The notes under the pieces: model-generated | Databases searched by the model: none | What the model saw: the letters and a program-made list of their open reading frames with translations, nothing else | Told to the model about the DNA's origin: nothing | Assembly: GCA_040772485.1 (NCBI GenBank) | Contig: JAXGYC010000007.1 | Location: 640,001-704,000, forward strand | Length of the DNA: 64,000 nucleotides | Direction: 5' to 3' | Origin: Sedimentisphaerales bacterium | Lineage (GTDB): Bacteria > Planctomycetota > Phycisphaerae > Sedimentisphaerales > Anaerobacaceae | Position numbers and translations under genes: made by a program | Shown here: positions 30,195 to 40,393 of the stretch, piece by piece | Numbering within the stretch: position 1 is the stretch's first letter | How the letters are laid out: each line of letters opens with the position of its first letter

Positions 30195-30920
30195 ATGAGA
30201 CGGTTACCTGCAATACTGCCGGCGATGGCGCTGCTCGCCATCGTCGGAACGGCCAGTGGTGCGCTGACGCTTTCCAGCGTCGCCAGCACCTGGAGCAATC
30301 CTGTCCTTCAGCCCTTAGCCCCCCCAACGTCCCCCGGCACGGTGTTCGGGTATGACATGATACGCTGGGGAACGCCGGCGTCTCTGTACGGCAAGTCCGG
30401 CCTGGGCTTCAAGGGGGAGTTCCCCCCCGCCGCGGAAGTCTCGATCGGCGAGGCATTCAAGGTGGGCACCCTGTGGCACTACAATACGCCTATCGCGGTG
30501 AATAGCGGCATCACGGCGGTCGATCTGGACCTGGCGCTGAACTTCCAGGGGATAGCGGTCAACGTACCGATGACGCTGGGCATTACAGAAACAGTCGGCG
30601 CAGGGGGCCATCCTGCCGACGTGATCAGCCTGCCCACCTCGTTCGCTCCGATCGCCTTCGAGGTCGGGGGCGCGGACTACGAGTTGTGCGTGCTGGGTTT
30701 CGGCAACAGCCCCACCAGCATCATCTCTTCGTTCGACACGCCGGAACCTGGTTGGAACCCGTGTGGTCAGTGCCCGGGCAATTCTACCTGCGTTCCCCTT
30801 TGGGCAAAAGTCTGTCAGATACCCAATGGGACACCACCGATCCCGGCGCCGGGCGCCCTGATTCTGGGCAGCATCGGCGTTACTGCGGTGAGCTGGCTGC
30901 GCCGACGCCGAACGCTCTAA
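30195..30920 (+). CDS. PEP-CTERM-like (PAPGA) exported protein, THxN/choice-of-anchor K-like
   Basis: Signal peptide; IRWGTP, SGLGF, GTLWHYNTPI; C-terminal IPAPGA-TM-RRRR. Confidence 0.8.
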   Translation: MRRLPAILPAMALLAIVGTASGALTLSSVASTWSNPVLQPLAPPTSPGTVFGYDMIRWGTPASLYGKSGLGFKGEFPPAAEVSIGEAFKVGTLWHYNTPIAVNSGITAVDLDLALNFQGIAVNVPMTLGITETVGAGGHPADVISLPTSFAPIAFEVGGADYELCVLGFGNSPTSIISSFDTPEPGWNPCGQCPGNSTCVPLWAKVCQIPNGTPPIPAPGALILGSIGVTAVSWLRRRRTL

Positions 30921-31028
30921 AGCTCGGCACCTGAGGGGCGATACAACAATCGCCGGCCCGGAGTCGAACCGGGCCAGGCCGTGAGCGACCCGCAGCAGTA
31001 CGCCTGGACTTGACGCCACAGTCCTCGT

Positions 31029-34000
31029 TTACTGCTGCGGGGCCGGCTCCACGATGATTTCATTTCCGCCGGCCTCGGCACGCACGTCCGGTTCATAATA
31101 GGAGTATGCCTGGCTGTCAGGAATCGTTGCGCGCACCGGGAAGCGGGCCTTGACCTGGAAGCGCAGGGTCCGTTGCTCGCCTTGTTCCAGGCCGTCGAGA
31201 TAGAAGATCACCTTGCGTCCGGCCACCTCGTACCGCGTGATGAGCCTCTCGGCGGCCAGGGCATCCAGCGTCTCGGTGACGGTGGAGAATCCCGTCGGCA
31301 CCCCGACATCCACGATCATCATGCCCGTCGAATCCTTCGGCCCAAAGTACCGCACGGTCGCGGTCACGTTGACGATGTCGTCAACTTCGACGTGATCGGC
31401 GTCGTAGTTGACCTCCAGGGTCATGTCCTTGGCGACCAGATCATCGCGCAGCAGGACGTTGAACCGCCGCACCAGTTGGAATCGCACCTGCCCGGCGCCG
31501 ACGGCGCCGATCTCCACGGCCGGCTGAACCGGCAGCTCCACCGTCTGAAGGACATCGAAGTTCGTGCTGTCCACGGTGAACTGGGCCAGCGTGTCCTGGC
31601 CGGGCGTTTTGGCAGTCACCGTCAGGTTCACGTTGCGGCTTTGACTGCGGGCCGCCATCATCAGGGCCTTGAGCCCCATGACCGTATCCTGCGTGCTGCC
31701 GTACCCGCCCAGGCTGTTGCGCTGGAGCGAAAGCCACTGGACCGCTTCGTTCGCCTGCGGCCATTCCTTTTCGATCATCGCCAGCATCGCATAGGCAGTC
31801 GTCTCTACCGGATGAGGCTGCCAGTGCAGCCCGTCGGCGTCGGTGGTGGCAATGGCCAGCAGCCTCTCGAGTGCGGCATCGGCGGCCGGATCGTCCGCCC
31901 GCGCGAAGGCCAGCGCCGCAATCGCCAGGGCATAGGCATCGTCCTGAACCGACAGGAGGTTGTCACGCAAGTACTGCGTCGCCGCTCCCTGCACGTGCGG
32001 ATCGGCCATGCCGTAGTCCGCCATCGCAATCGTCACGAACGCGGTCAGCGCGTACGTCCCCTGCACCCCGCCGACCATCTCACTGTGGCATACGAACCCC
32101 ACCGGCGGCCATGACCCGTCGGACGCCTGGTGCGAGGCAATCCACGCGGCCGCTTCGGCCAGGATAGTCTCGTCAATCGTCGTCACCTCACGGGCGGCGC
32201 TGAACGTGCCGAGTACAAACGCCGTCAGCCAGAGGCTGCCCTCGGCGTCGCTCTGGCCGAACGCGGAGAACGAGCCGTCCTGATGGCGGAATGTCAACTC
32301 CCGCTGATAGCCCACCGTGATAAAGTGCTCGGCCTTGGCCCGCACCTCGGGCGTGAGCTGGCCCGTCGCGTTGAGATAGCGGAGGATTTCCACATCCGGG
32401 GCGAAGAAGATCATGTTCTGCTCGCCGCAGCCATAGGGCATGCCGAGTAGATCGTCCACACCGTCAATGCTCTGCGCGACCAGGCTGGGCGTAATGCTCA
32501 GCAGGAGCTTCTGCGAATCGGGCACGGCAAATTCCGGCATGTTCGCGTCGAGGACGATGGTTTCGCCCGCTCGAATCACGCCGTTGGCGACCAACTCGCG
32601 CCGGGTGCCTTCCGGCTCCACGAGCACCTCCTTGCGCACGGCGTCGGCCCGCCGGACCGACCGCAGGCGAACCTCCAGTGGATGCCGGCCGAGCTTCGTC
32701 GGCTCGATGACGAACGAAACGCTGGACACAGAATTCGCATTCACCTGCACCTGTTGCTCGCCGACGTCGAGCAGGGTGAACCAGTCGGCGTCCGCCATCT
32801 CCACATAGACCACCTGGGTCTCGTCGAGGTAGTTGAACACCTGGATGCGAACCGGGAACTGCTCGCCCCGCGTCACCGCGTACGGCAGATCGGGCTCGCC
32901 GAAGAATTCCTGGAACACGCGGAGCGACGACTCGGTGACGCCGAGCCCATTGTCGCTCGTGGACACGGCGTGAAGCCGCCACGTCGTGATGCTGTCGGGC
33001 GCCGTCAGATCCAGCGTCGCGGTCCCGTTGGGCTCGGTGAGCAGATCGGGCATCCACACCCACGTCTCGGGGAAGAACTGGCGCACCCGATCGACTTCGG
33101 CAAGGCTGGTGTCCTTGTCATTGGATTCGGCCTCGCCTCCATCGCCACGTCGCACAACCGGCGCCAACTGCCACCACAACCCATCGATCCGCTCGCCTTC
33201 CGGAACCTCCAGCCTGCGAGAGGTCACAACTTGAAGCCCGGCGTCCTCGAATACGTTGCGCGCGCCGTAGCTGTACGGCTGGTCGTGTGTCTCCGCCTGC
33301 GGCTCCATGAAACGCCGCTCCAGCTCGCGGAACACCTCCTGCATGTTGAGCCGGCCTTCGTTCAGCGCATAGACCGACTCGTCGACGATGGCCAGCCCGA
33401 CCATCGACTGAACAGCCGAACGGACCGAGACGCGAACCGGCTCGCCCGGCCCGACCTCTTCGGCGCTGACCCCTAAGGCCAGGCTGGCGCCGTGGTCCAT
33501 CGCAACGTCGAACTCAATCGTGTCGGCGGAGATCTCGTTGTTCGGGTTGATCACATATGCCACCACGCGGGCGGCCGGCACCATCTGCTGGGTCGCCTGG
33601 AACCGGATCGCCGACCCGGTCACCGCATCCGACCAGACCGTGTGCCCGTTGGCAAAGACATCGTAGTAGATCGTCGCGTTGTGCGTGCGAAAAACATCGA
33701 TCGTGATCGTGTCACCCACGGCGACGGTATCGGTGGATTCGCGGCTCAGGTGCAGGAAGCTGTCGCTGGGCGAGTACGTCGCATAAACGTACAACTCCGC
33801 CTGCCCGCTCTCTTCATCACCTCGAACCTCGCTCTTGAGCGTGGCCCAGGAGGCCTTCTGCGGCGCCCTCAGGGTGATCGAAGTCGAGCCTTCGAACGCC
33901 AGCGGATGGGCCTCCTTGGAAATCAGCTCGCCCGACTCAGCGTAGTACTCGCAGATCAACTGCCCTGTCACAGAGACGGGCACACCGTCCGGCGTCTCGG

Positions 34001-35057
34001 CCACCACCAGAACGTCATACGATTGGCCCGGCGTGAACGACCGCGATGAGGCGATGAGCCGGTGCTCGATTCCCGACGAGACGATCTTCAGCAGTCTGGT
34101 CGTCTTCTCCTGGTGGTCCGACGTGTCGGTGACGGTCACGTCGAGCTGCACGCTGCCGGCGCCTCCGGCTCCCGTGGTCCCGCTGACGTACTTGACCTCA
34201 GGCAGCGAGAACTCCGCGCGCCCCTCGGCCAGCGGCGCGGTGTAGCGGGCGTATTCTTCCCAAACGCCAACATAGCGACTGGCGCTGATCTGGACCGCGC
34301 CGTCAACGGGCTTGCCGAAGAAATACGTCGCCGTGACGGTCCCGGGGATCTGTTCATCGGTGCGGAAATAGTCACGCGGCGTCTGGAGTTTGACCTCGAA
34401 TCGCGGCAGCACGTACTCCTCAACTCGCAGGTCGATAGTTCCCCGGCCGGCCCCCGATTCGGCGACGATCTTCCACGTGCCGTAGTTCAGCTCGCTGGCC
34501 AGATCGAGGTTGAACGGCGCGACACCGAAGGCGTTTGCCGTGAGGTCCTTGCGGAAGATCTTGACGCCCTTGCCGTCGGTAATCTGCACGGTCACGTCGG
34601 AGGCGGTCGGCCGCAGCTCGTTCGTCAACACCAACACACGGCCCTGGATCGTTTGGCCCGGCTTGTAGATCGGCTTGTCCGTCTCAATCAGCACCACCGG
34701 CATCCGGCGGATCATGATCTGGGCCGCCACAGCCTCCTCGGCGCCGTCAACGTACGCCTCCAGGGTGTACGAGCCTTCCGCCACCTCGGGCGTGTCGAAT
34801 CGGGCAACGAACCGCCCCGCCTCGTCGGTCTGTCCGGCGACAAGGTCGATCCCCCCTTCGTGCGTCTTGATCCGAAGGTCGACGCCGATCCCTGCCGATG
34901 ACTGGCGTGGGTTCACCACCGTGATCGTCGCGGAGGCCGAAGCGCCGCAGTACAACGTCTTGGGGACGAGCATCATCACATCGACGGTCCCGGCCTGGGC
35001 GACTGCCGCCAGAAGCCCCAGCACCAGAAGCCCTGCGAATCTGATTTTCCGTGCCAT
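31029..35057 (-). CDS. Alpha-2-macroglobulin / thioester-containing protein
   Basis: IETDKPIYKPGQ, VEEYVLPRFEV, FPETW, PDSITTW, MPYGCGEQNM thioester, DGSFSAFG, STQDT. Confidence 0.95.
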   Translation of the reverse strand: MARKIRFAGLLVLGLLAAVAQAGTVDVMMLVPKTLYCGASASATITVVNPRQSSAGIGVDLRIKTHEGGIDLVAGQTDEAGRFVARFDTPEVAEGSYTLEAYVDGAEEAVAAQIMIRRMPVVLIETDKPIYKPGQTIQGRVLVLTNELRPTASDVTVQITDGKGVKIFRKDLTANAFGVAPFNLDLASELNYGTWKIVAESGAGRGTIDLRVEEYVLPRFEVKLQTPRDYFRTDEQIPGTVTATYFFGKPVDGAVQISASRYVGVWEEYARYTAPLAEGRAEFSLPEVKYVSGTTGAGGAGSVQLDVTVTDTSDHQEKTTRLLKIVSSGIEHRLIASSRSFTPGQSYDVLVVAETPDGVPVSVTGQLICEYYAESGELISKEAHPLAFEGSTSITLRAPQKASWATLKSEVRGDEESGQAELYVYATYSPSDSFLHLSRESTDTVAVGDTITIDVFRTHNATIYYDVFANGHTVWSDAVTGSAIRFQATQQMVPAARVVAYVINPNNEISADTIEFDVAMDHGASLALGVSAEEVGPGEPVRVSVRSAVQSMVGLAIVDESVYALNEGRLNMQEVFRELERRFMEPQAETHDQPYSYGARNVFEDAGLQVVTSRRLEVPEGERIDGLWWQLAPVVRRGDGGEAESNDKDTSLAEVDRVRQFFPETWVWMPDLLTEPNGTATLDLTAPDSITTWRLHAVSTSDNGLGVTESSLRVFQEFFGEPDLPYAVTRGEQFPVRIQVFNYLDETQVVYVEMADADWFTLLDVGEQQVQVNANSVSSVSFVIEPTKLGRHPLEVRLRSVRRADAVRKEVLVEPEGTRRELVANGVIRAGETIVLDANMPEFAVPDSQKLLLSITPSLVAQSIDGVDDLLGMPYGCGEQNMIFFAPDVEILRYLNATGQLTPEVRAKAEHFITVGYQRELTFRHQDGSFSAFGQSDAEGSLWLTAFVLGTFSAAREVTTIDETILAEAAAWIASHQASDGSWPPVGFVCHSEMVGGVQGTYALTAFVTIAMADYGMADPHVQGAATQYLRDNLLSVQDDAYALAIAALAFARADDPAADAALERLLAIATTDADGLHWQPHPVETTAYAMLAMIEKEWPQANEAVQWLSLQRNSLGGYGSTQDTVMGLKALMMAARSQSRNVNLTVTAKTPGQDTLAQFTVDSTNFDVLQTVELPVQPAVEIGAVGAGQVRFQLVRRFNVLLRDDLVAKDMTLEVNYDADHVEVDDIVNVTATVRYFGPKDSTGMMIVDVGVPTGFSTVTETLDALAAERLITRYEVAGRKVIFYLDGLEQGEQRTLRFQVKARFPVRATIPDSQAYSYYEPDVRAEAGGNEIIVEPAPQQ

Positions 35058-35160
35058 CGTGCCGCTCCTTAGATTGGGATGAGTGAATGGATAATAACCG
35101 TAAGTTCAGCACCTGCCCTCTCTTCGACCAGATAGAGGGCGCCTCTTTGGCTGATAGTAC

Positions 35161-35184
35161 GGGCGAATCATCATTCGCCCCTAC
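35161..35184 (-). repeat. GTAG-type REP-like palindrome
   Basis: Minus strand GTAGGGGCGAATGATGATTCGCCC. Confidence 0.6.
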
Positions 35185-35379
35185 GGTTTGTGGAACCGCC
35201 GGCAGTGCTCCGAAATCCCTCAAGCCAAGCTTAGCTATCTCCGCAAGGTCTCCGAAGGTGCCGGTGCGATGATGTGCGACAATAGTATGATAGCGACAAG
35301 CACGGATATGATGGTCAATTCCGGCCGGCCTTCGAACCTCACTTTACTACGGTCATTTTATCGGAACATGCGCCGCAAT

Positions 35380-36333
35380 TCAAGCTTTTTCGCCCAAGCC
35401 GGCAAAGAGCCGGCGGACGTACTCGGTGCTCTTGGCGAACGCTTCCAGGGGCGGCATGGTGTTGGGCGAGCCGTTCTCGATTGCCTGCTCCAGGACGATG
35501 TGCGGATGGACGTCTTGGCGGCGCAGGGCATCGGCCAAGGCGCGGTAGTCGATATCGCCGTCGCCAAACGCCTCGGTCCAGACGCCGCCCTGGGACTGAC
35601 GCAGGTGCAGCTCGCGGATGCGCTTGCCGTAGAGCCTGACGATATCGAACAGGGCCACCTGCGAGTTGCCCGAGCCGCGATAGACCCAGTGGGCGTCGAG
35701 GCAAAGCGTCACGTTGGCCGGATCGGTGCCGAGCATCATGTGGTGGAACTCGCGTGCGGCCTGCCGCAACTCCATGTCGTGGTTGTGGTAGGCCAGCGTC
35801 AGGCCGAGCTTCCGCAGTTCGGCCCCGAGCCGGTTCAGTGCGGCCGCCTGGACCCTGAGCTGTTCGTCGTTCTTGTCCTGCGCGCCGCCCCAGGCGAGCG
35901 GGTTGGGATTGGTCACGACGATCCGCGCTCCGGCGTCCCGGGCTCTCGGGGCCACCGCCAGGATTTGCCGGATGCTCTCGTCGGCCTGGCCGGTCTCGTG
36001 CAGCAGACTGTTGACATAGAAGGACCGCATCCCCAGCCGGTGCTTCTTCAACAGCGGCGCAAGGCGTTCGACCTGAGCGACATCGCCGAACGACGGCTCG
36101 AACCCGTCGAGCCCGCTGGCAGCCACCTCCGCCAGACCTTCGTCGAGCGACTGGTCGAAGTTGCGCCCCTGACGCTGATAGAACACGGTCCAGGAATAGG
36201 AGTTACAGGAGACGTGTATGCGGCCGTCCTGAGCAGCCGCCGAACGGGCCAGAGATGGAGAGAGTGTGACGGCCCCTGCCACCAGGACCGTGTCGGTGAG
36301 AAATGCCCGCCTTGTCGTCAATCGAGCTGCCAT
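35380..36333 (-). CDS. Sugar phosphate isomerase/epimerase TIM barrel (IolE-like) with Tat signal
   Basis: TRRAFL twin-arginine leader; LAYHNH, LCLDAHW, GDGDIDY, IVLEQ. Confidence 0.85.
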   Translation of the reverse strand: MAARLTTRRAFLTDTVLVAGAVTLSPSLARSAAAQDGRIHVSCNSYSWTVFYQRQGRNFDQSLDEGLAEVAASGLDGFEPSFGDVAQVERLAPLLKKHRLGMRSFYVNSLLHETGQADESIRQILAVAPRARDAGARIVVTNPNPLAWGGAQDKNDEQLRVQAAALNRLGAELRKLGLTLAYHNHDMELRQAAREFHHMMLGTDPANVTLCLDAHWVYRGSGNSQVALFDIVRLYGKRIRELHLRQSQGGVWTEAFGDGDIDYRALADALRRQDVHPHIVLEQAIENGSPNTMPPLEAFAKSTEYVRRLFAGLGEKA

Positions 36334-36501
36334 AGTGCAACCTCCTTCGCCCCAATCGGGCCTGCCGTCTGAGTGCCATCCCCTACGCACCGCGCGCTGA
36401 GTATGCGGCCTTTGCCGGGCAAATGCAAGGGCCCTTCCGCGAAGGGACGGGGCATGGTAGGCTGTGCCTCGTGAGAAGTCAGGGCTCAAGGAGAACATCG
36501 C

Positions 36502-38616
36502 ATGCGATACGGGATGATTCTTGCCCATGTGTTCGCGGGCTGTCTGGCCGCGTCCGGCAGCCTCCTGGCCGCACCGGGTCCGGTCGCCATCGGACCTTGT
36601 CCGGCCCACGTCGGCAAGTACGAGCGGCTCGAACTGGCGCTGACGCCGGAGCAGACGTACGACAATCCTTTCGACCCATGCGAGGTGGCATTTGACCTGC
36701 TGGTCGAGTGCCCAAGCGGCCGGTCGCTCGTTCTACCGGCCTTCTTCGGCCAGGATTACGAGCGGCGCGATCTCCACCGAGACGGCAAACCGGTGGCCTG
36801 GTGCTACCCCGTCGGCTCGGGAACATGGAAGGCGAGGTTCGCACCGACTGAGACAGGAACGTACGCAATCCGGGCCCGACTGACAGACCGCGAGGGTCTA
36901 TCGCAGTCGCAGGCCATTCGCGTCGAGTGCGTCCCTTCGGCGAGCAGAGGCTTTCTCCTCGCCGGGCGGCGCGATCCGAGGTTTCTGGAATTCACGGAAG
37001 GCGATCCGTTCTTTGCCATCGGTCAGAACCTCGCCTTCATCGGTGAGACCCAGTACGTCAATGTCCCCAAGGCCGAAGCGATCTTCCCGGAGATGGCGAG
37101 AAACGGCGCGAACTTCGCGCGCCTTTGGACGTGTTGCCACGACTGGGCCATCGCGATCGAGGCCCGCAAGAGCGCGTGGACCCGTTCGTGGAACCGCCAG
37201 TCGCCCATCGCGCCGTCGCCGGACGGCGAGGGCAACTGCGTGCAACTGAAAGGTCAGGACGGCGCCTCGATCGAGGTCTCCCCTTCGCACCGCGTGGCGT
37301 TGCGTCCGGACACGCACTACACGCTCAGCGGGAGGTTCAAGGCCGACGGAGCGGACGGTTTGCGAATCCAGATCGGCAGGTACGATTGGCGAGCGTCGGC
37401 AAACGCCGCCACCTGGCAGAACTTCGCAGAGGAATTCACCACCGGCCCCGAGGAGTACTGGCTGGGCCGCACGACGATCAGCCTTTCGGGGCAAGGCATC
37501 GCGTGGCTGACCGATCTGTCGCTGAAGGAAAGCGACGGCGGCGCGGAGCTGCTCTGGGAGGCAGACATCAATCGTCCCGTGCGGGGTTACTACAATCCGC
37601 TCGACTGCTTCATGCTCGATCAAGTCGTCCAGGCGGCCGAGAAACACGGCATCTATCTGATGCTCTGCTTGCTGACGCGGGATCTTTACATGGATGCGTT
37701 TTCCGACCCGAACAGCGCACCCTACGACCGAGCCATCGCAGGCGCCAGGAAGTTCATGCGCTACGCCGTCGCGCGGTGGGGCTACTCGACCAGCGTCGCG
37801 GCGTGGGAGTACTTCAACGAGATCGACCCCGGCAAACCGACCGACCGCTTCTATGAGGAGCTGGGCGGCTATCTCGACGAAATGGACATCTACCGCCACC
37901 TGCGGACCACCAGCACATGGCACCCCTCGGCGCGCGACTGCCGCCTTGCGGCTCTCGACGTCGCGCAATTGCACCACTACCTGCGGCCGGGCGAAGCGGA
38001 CTTCAAGGACGAAATCCAGGCGATCATCGAGAAGGCGGCCTTCCTCCGCGAGCACGCACCGAACAAGCCTGCGCTGATCGGCGAGTTCGGCCTAGCCACC
38101 GACAAGTGGGGCCTGAGCGAGTACATGAAAAAGGACACCGAGGGCGTGCACTTCCACAATGCCCTGTGGGCGTCGGCCTTCGCCGGACCATCAGGCACGG
38201 CCATGTTCTGGTGGTGGGAGCAGTTGGACTTACAGGACGCCTACCGTCACTATCGTCCGCTGGCGGCATACCTGCGGGACATCTCCTTCGAAGGATTGAG
38301 AGCGACGGGCGCGACCGCCTCTGACGAGCGTCTACGCGTGCTGGGCTATCAGGGAGCGGATCGCGCCTATCTGTGGCTGTCCAGCCGGGACGCCACGTGG
38401 TGGAACGTCGTCGTCGCCGGGCAGACGCCCCAAGAGATCGGAGGTGCAACCCTCGAAATCCCAGGCTTGGCGCCGGGCGAATACGCCGTCCAATGGTGGG
38501 ACACAGGCCGGGGCGTTTGCGTCGAGACGCACCGCGTCCGACACAACCAGGGCCGATTGAGCATCACTGTGCCACCGGTGCGAAGTGACATCGCGTGCAA
38601 GATCGTGCGACCGTGA
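36502..38616 (+). CDS. Secreted DUF5060-like / clan GH-A glycoside hydrolase
   Basis: YDNPFDP, WKARFAP..GTY, ARWGYS, WEYFNE, LIGEFG. Confidence 0.75.
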   Translation: MRYGMILAHVFAGCLAASGSLLAAPGPVAIGPCPAHVGKYERLELALTPEQTYDNPFDPCEVAFDLLVECPSGRSLVLPAFFGQDYERRDLHRDGKPVAWCYPVGSGTWKARFAPTETGTYAIRARLTDREGLSQSQAIRVECVPSASRGFLLAGRRDPRFLEFTEGDPFFAIGQNLAFIGETQYVNVPKAEAIFPEMARNGANFARLWTCCHDWAIAIEARKSAWTRSWNRQSPIAPSPDGEGNCVQLKGQDGASIEVSPSHRVALRPDTHYTLSGRFKADGADGLRIQIGRYDWRASANAATWQNFAEEFTTGPEEYWLGRTTISLSGQGIAWLTDLSLKESDGGAELLWEADINRPVRGYYNPLDCFMLDQVVQAAEKHGIYLMLCLLTRDLYMDAFSDPNSAPYDRAIAGARKFMRYAVARWGYSTSVAAWEYFNEIDPGKPTDRFYEELGGYLDEMDIYRHLRTTSTWHPSARDCRLAALDVAQLHHYLRPGEADFKDEIQAIIEKAAFLREHAPNKPALIGEFGLATDKWGLSEYMKKDTEGVHFHNALWASAFAGPSGTAMFWWWEQLDLQDAYRHYRPLAAYLRDISFEGLRATGATASDERLRVLGYQGADRAYLWLSSRDATWWNVVVAGQTPQEIGGATLEIPGLAPGEYAVQWWDTGRGVCVETHRVRHNQGRLSITVPPVRSDIACKIVRP

Positions 38617-38632
38617 TCTGGACAGTCCGGCG

Positions 38633-39253
38633 TCAGACGGCGCCGGCCAAGTCCTTCTCCAACTCCGCCAGGATCATCTGAAGACAGCGGTCGAAGCCCG
38701 CGACAAGGCCCTCGGGACCAGCGGTTGCCACATCGGCCGTCGCGCCGTAGGACTTGGCCATGATGATCTTCGGATCGACGCCGCTTTCGGTCCGCAGCAG
38801 GAAGAACCGGATCTCGATGACAGCCTTGGGCGCGTTCCTGTCGCGAAAGTCACCGCAGAGGACGGCGATGTTGGCTTCGATTCGGTGCGTGGGCTCGGCG
38901 CCGCTGCCCGAGCCGAGAACCTGCGCGAACAGACCCGACTGGGTCAGCCAGTCGCGCGTTCTCTCCGTGATCATCACGGTTGGGGAAATAAGAAATTCGT
39001 TGTAGGCGTCGGATTCGTATCGATGGTCATCGAGCCGGTAGACCAGCCCCCTGTTGGCATAAGCCGCATCGATGGTAAACCTTGGCACCGCCAGGACGGC
39101 CGTGCCTTCGCGGACCGCCGGCGCCGCCGGTCGCGGCGTCTGAAGCATGTAGAAGCGGCTGTTGGCCGATACGGGTCTGGCACAACCGGACAGCACAAGC
39201 GAGCACGCCGCCGGAACCAGACACAGCGCGACCCGGGTCCATTTGCACGTCAT
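38633..39253 (-). CDS. ABC transport auxiliary lipoprotein (PqiC-like)
   Basis: Lipobox LSGC; last gene of an mla-type operon. Confidence 0.8.
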   Translation of the reverse strand: MTCKWTRVALCLVPAACSLVLSGCARPVSANSRFYMLQTPRPAAPAVREGTAVLAVPRFTIDAAYANRGLVYRLDDHRYESDAYNEFLISPTVMITERTRDWLTQSGLFAQVLGSGSGAEPTHRIEANIAVLCGDFRDRNAPKAVIEIRFFLLRTESGVDPKIIMAKSYGATADVATAGPEGLVAGFDRCLQMILAELEKDLAGAV

Positions 39254-40335
39254 TTGTAGGCCTCCGATTCACGTGGGGGTTTGCTGAAGATCAACTCCGA
39301 AGGACGCTCTCTGAGACTCTCGGTCAGGTCTCGCAGATTGTCGGAGATCTCCCGGAAGTTGGCGATGATGATTTCGATCTCCGGCTTCTCGCTCGTGACC
39401 AGACGGTCGATGCTCGACAGCGCCCGGTTCAGCCGCGCGACGACCTCCGGCAGATTGGTCCCGCTGCCGATCCCCTCCGGCGACGCCAGCAGACGGCGGA
39501 GATTGTCGTTCGTGGCACGAATCTCCTGAACGAACTGTGTGACCGCTGCGCTCAATTCCGGCACGTTGGCGTCCGCGACGGTTCGATCCAGCGAGGCGAG
39601 CAGACGCTGCGTCGCGTCGCTGATGCCCGCGGTGTCGAGGGTCTGGACCTTCTGCCGCGTTTCCGCCAGCAGGCCCGTGGCCTCCTCGCTGATCCGGGCC
39701 AGGTTCGCATCCCCCACCGCCCTCTCGGCCGCTTCCAGCGTCCGTTCGAACGAATTCACCAGGCCCTCGAAGTCGATTTCCTCCAGCCGGGTGAAGATCT
39801 TCTCGAGCGAGTCCTTCAGCGTCGTGATCTCGCTGGGCGCCGACGGCATGTAGCTGTACATCGGCGTCCACGGCACCTCGAGGACCGGGAAGCGATTCGG
39901 ATCGAGGTAGTCCGCCTCCAGATAGCCCTGGCCGGTCAGGATGTTCGAGTTGACGCGAACGCGCAGGCCGCGAGCGATCATCTGTTGGAGCATGGCGCCG
40001 GCCTTTTCGACGCCGAGTTCCGGCATCGTCTCTCGCGGCACCGCGTAGACGACCCGGACGATGGGCTTGAAGGCCGACAGTCGTCCGCTGCCCGGCGGGA
40101 TCGTATACACACTGCCGGCAAACGTGATGGTCTCGACCTGGCCGATGCGGACCCCGCGAAACTCGACCGGCGATCCGACGGTCAGGCCGGTGATGGACTC
40201 ATCGAAGTAGGTCTCGAACTTCAGTTTGTCCTTCGCGAACAGGCCGGAACCGAACAGGACCACGGCCGTCAGCAACAAGGCCGTCGCGAGGATCACGAAG
40301 ACGCCGATCTTGAAGTAGCTCGGTTTCCTTCCCAT
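39250..40335 (-). CDS. mlaD: MCE/MlaD family protein
   Basis: N-terminal TM, GLTVGSPVEFRGVRIGQV, ILTGQGYL, coiled-coil tail. Confidence 0.88.
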   Translation of the reverse strand: MGRKPSYFKIGVFVILATALLLTAVVLFGSGLFAKDKLKFETYFDESITGLTVGSPVEFRGVRIGQVETITFAGSVYTIPPGSGRLSAFKPIVRVVYAVPRETMPELGVEKAGAMLQQMIARGLRVRVNSNILTGQGYLEADYLDPNRFPVLEVPWTPMYSYMPSAPSEITTLKDSLEKIFTRLEEIDFEGLVNSFERTLEAAERAVGDANLARISEEATGLLAETRQKVQTLDTAGISDATQRLLASLDRTVADANVPELSAAVTQFVQEIRATNDNLRRLLASPEGIGSGTNLPEVVARLNRALSSIDRLVTSEKPEIEIIIANFREISDNLRDLTESLRERPSELIFSKPPRESEAYK

Positions 40336-40393
40336 CAGGCCAATCCGTCCCAATCTCTCTGTTGACCAGTTCCAAACATGTCTGCCTCCTGAT

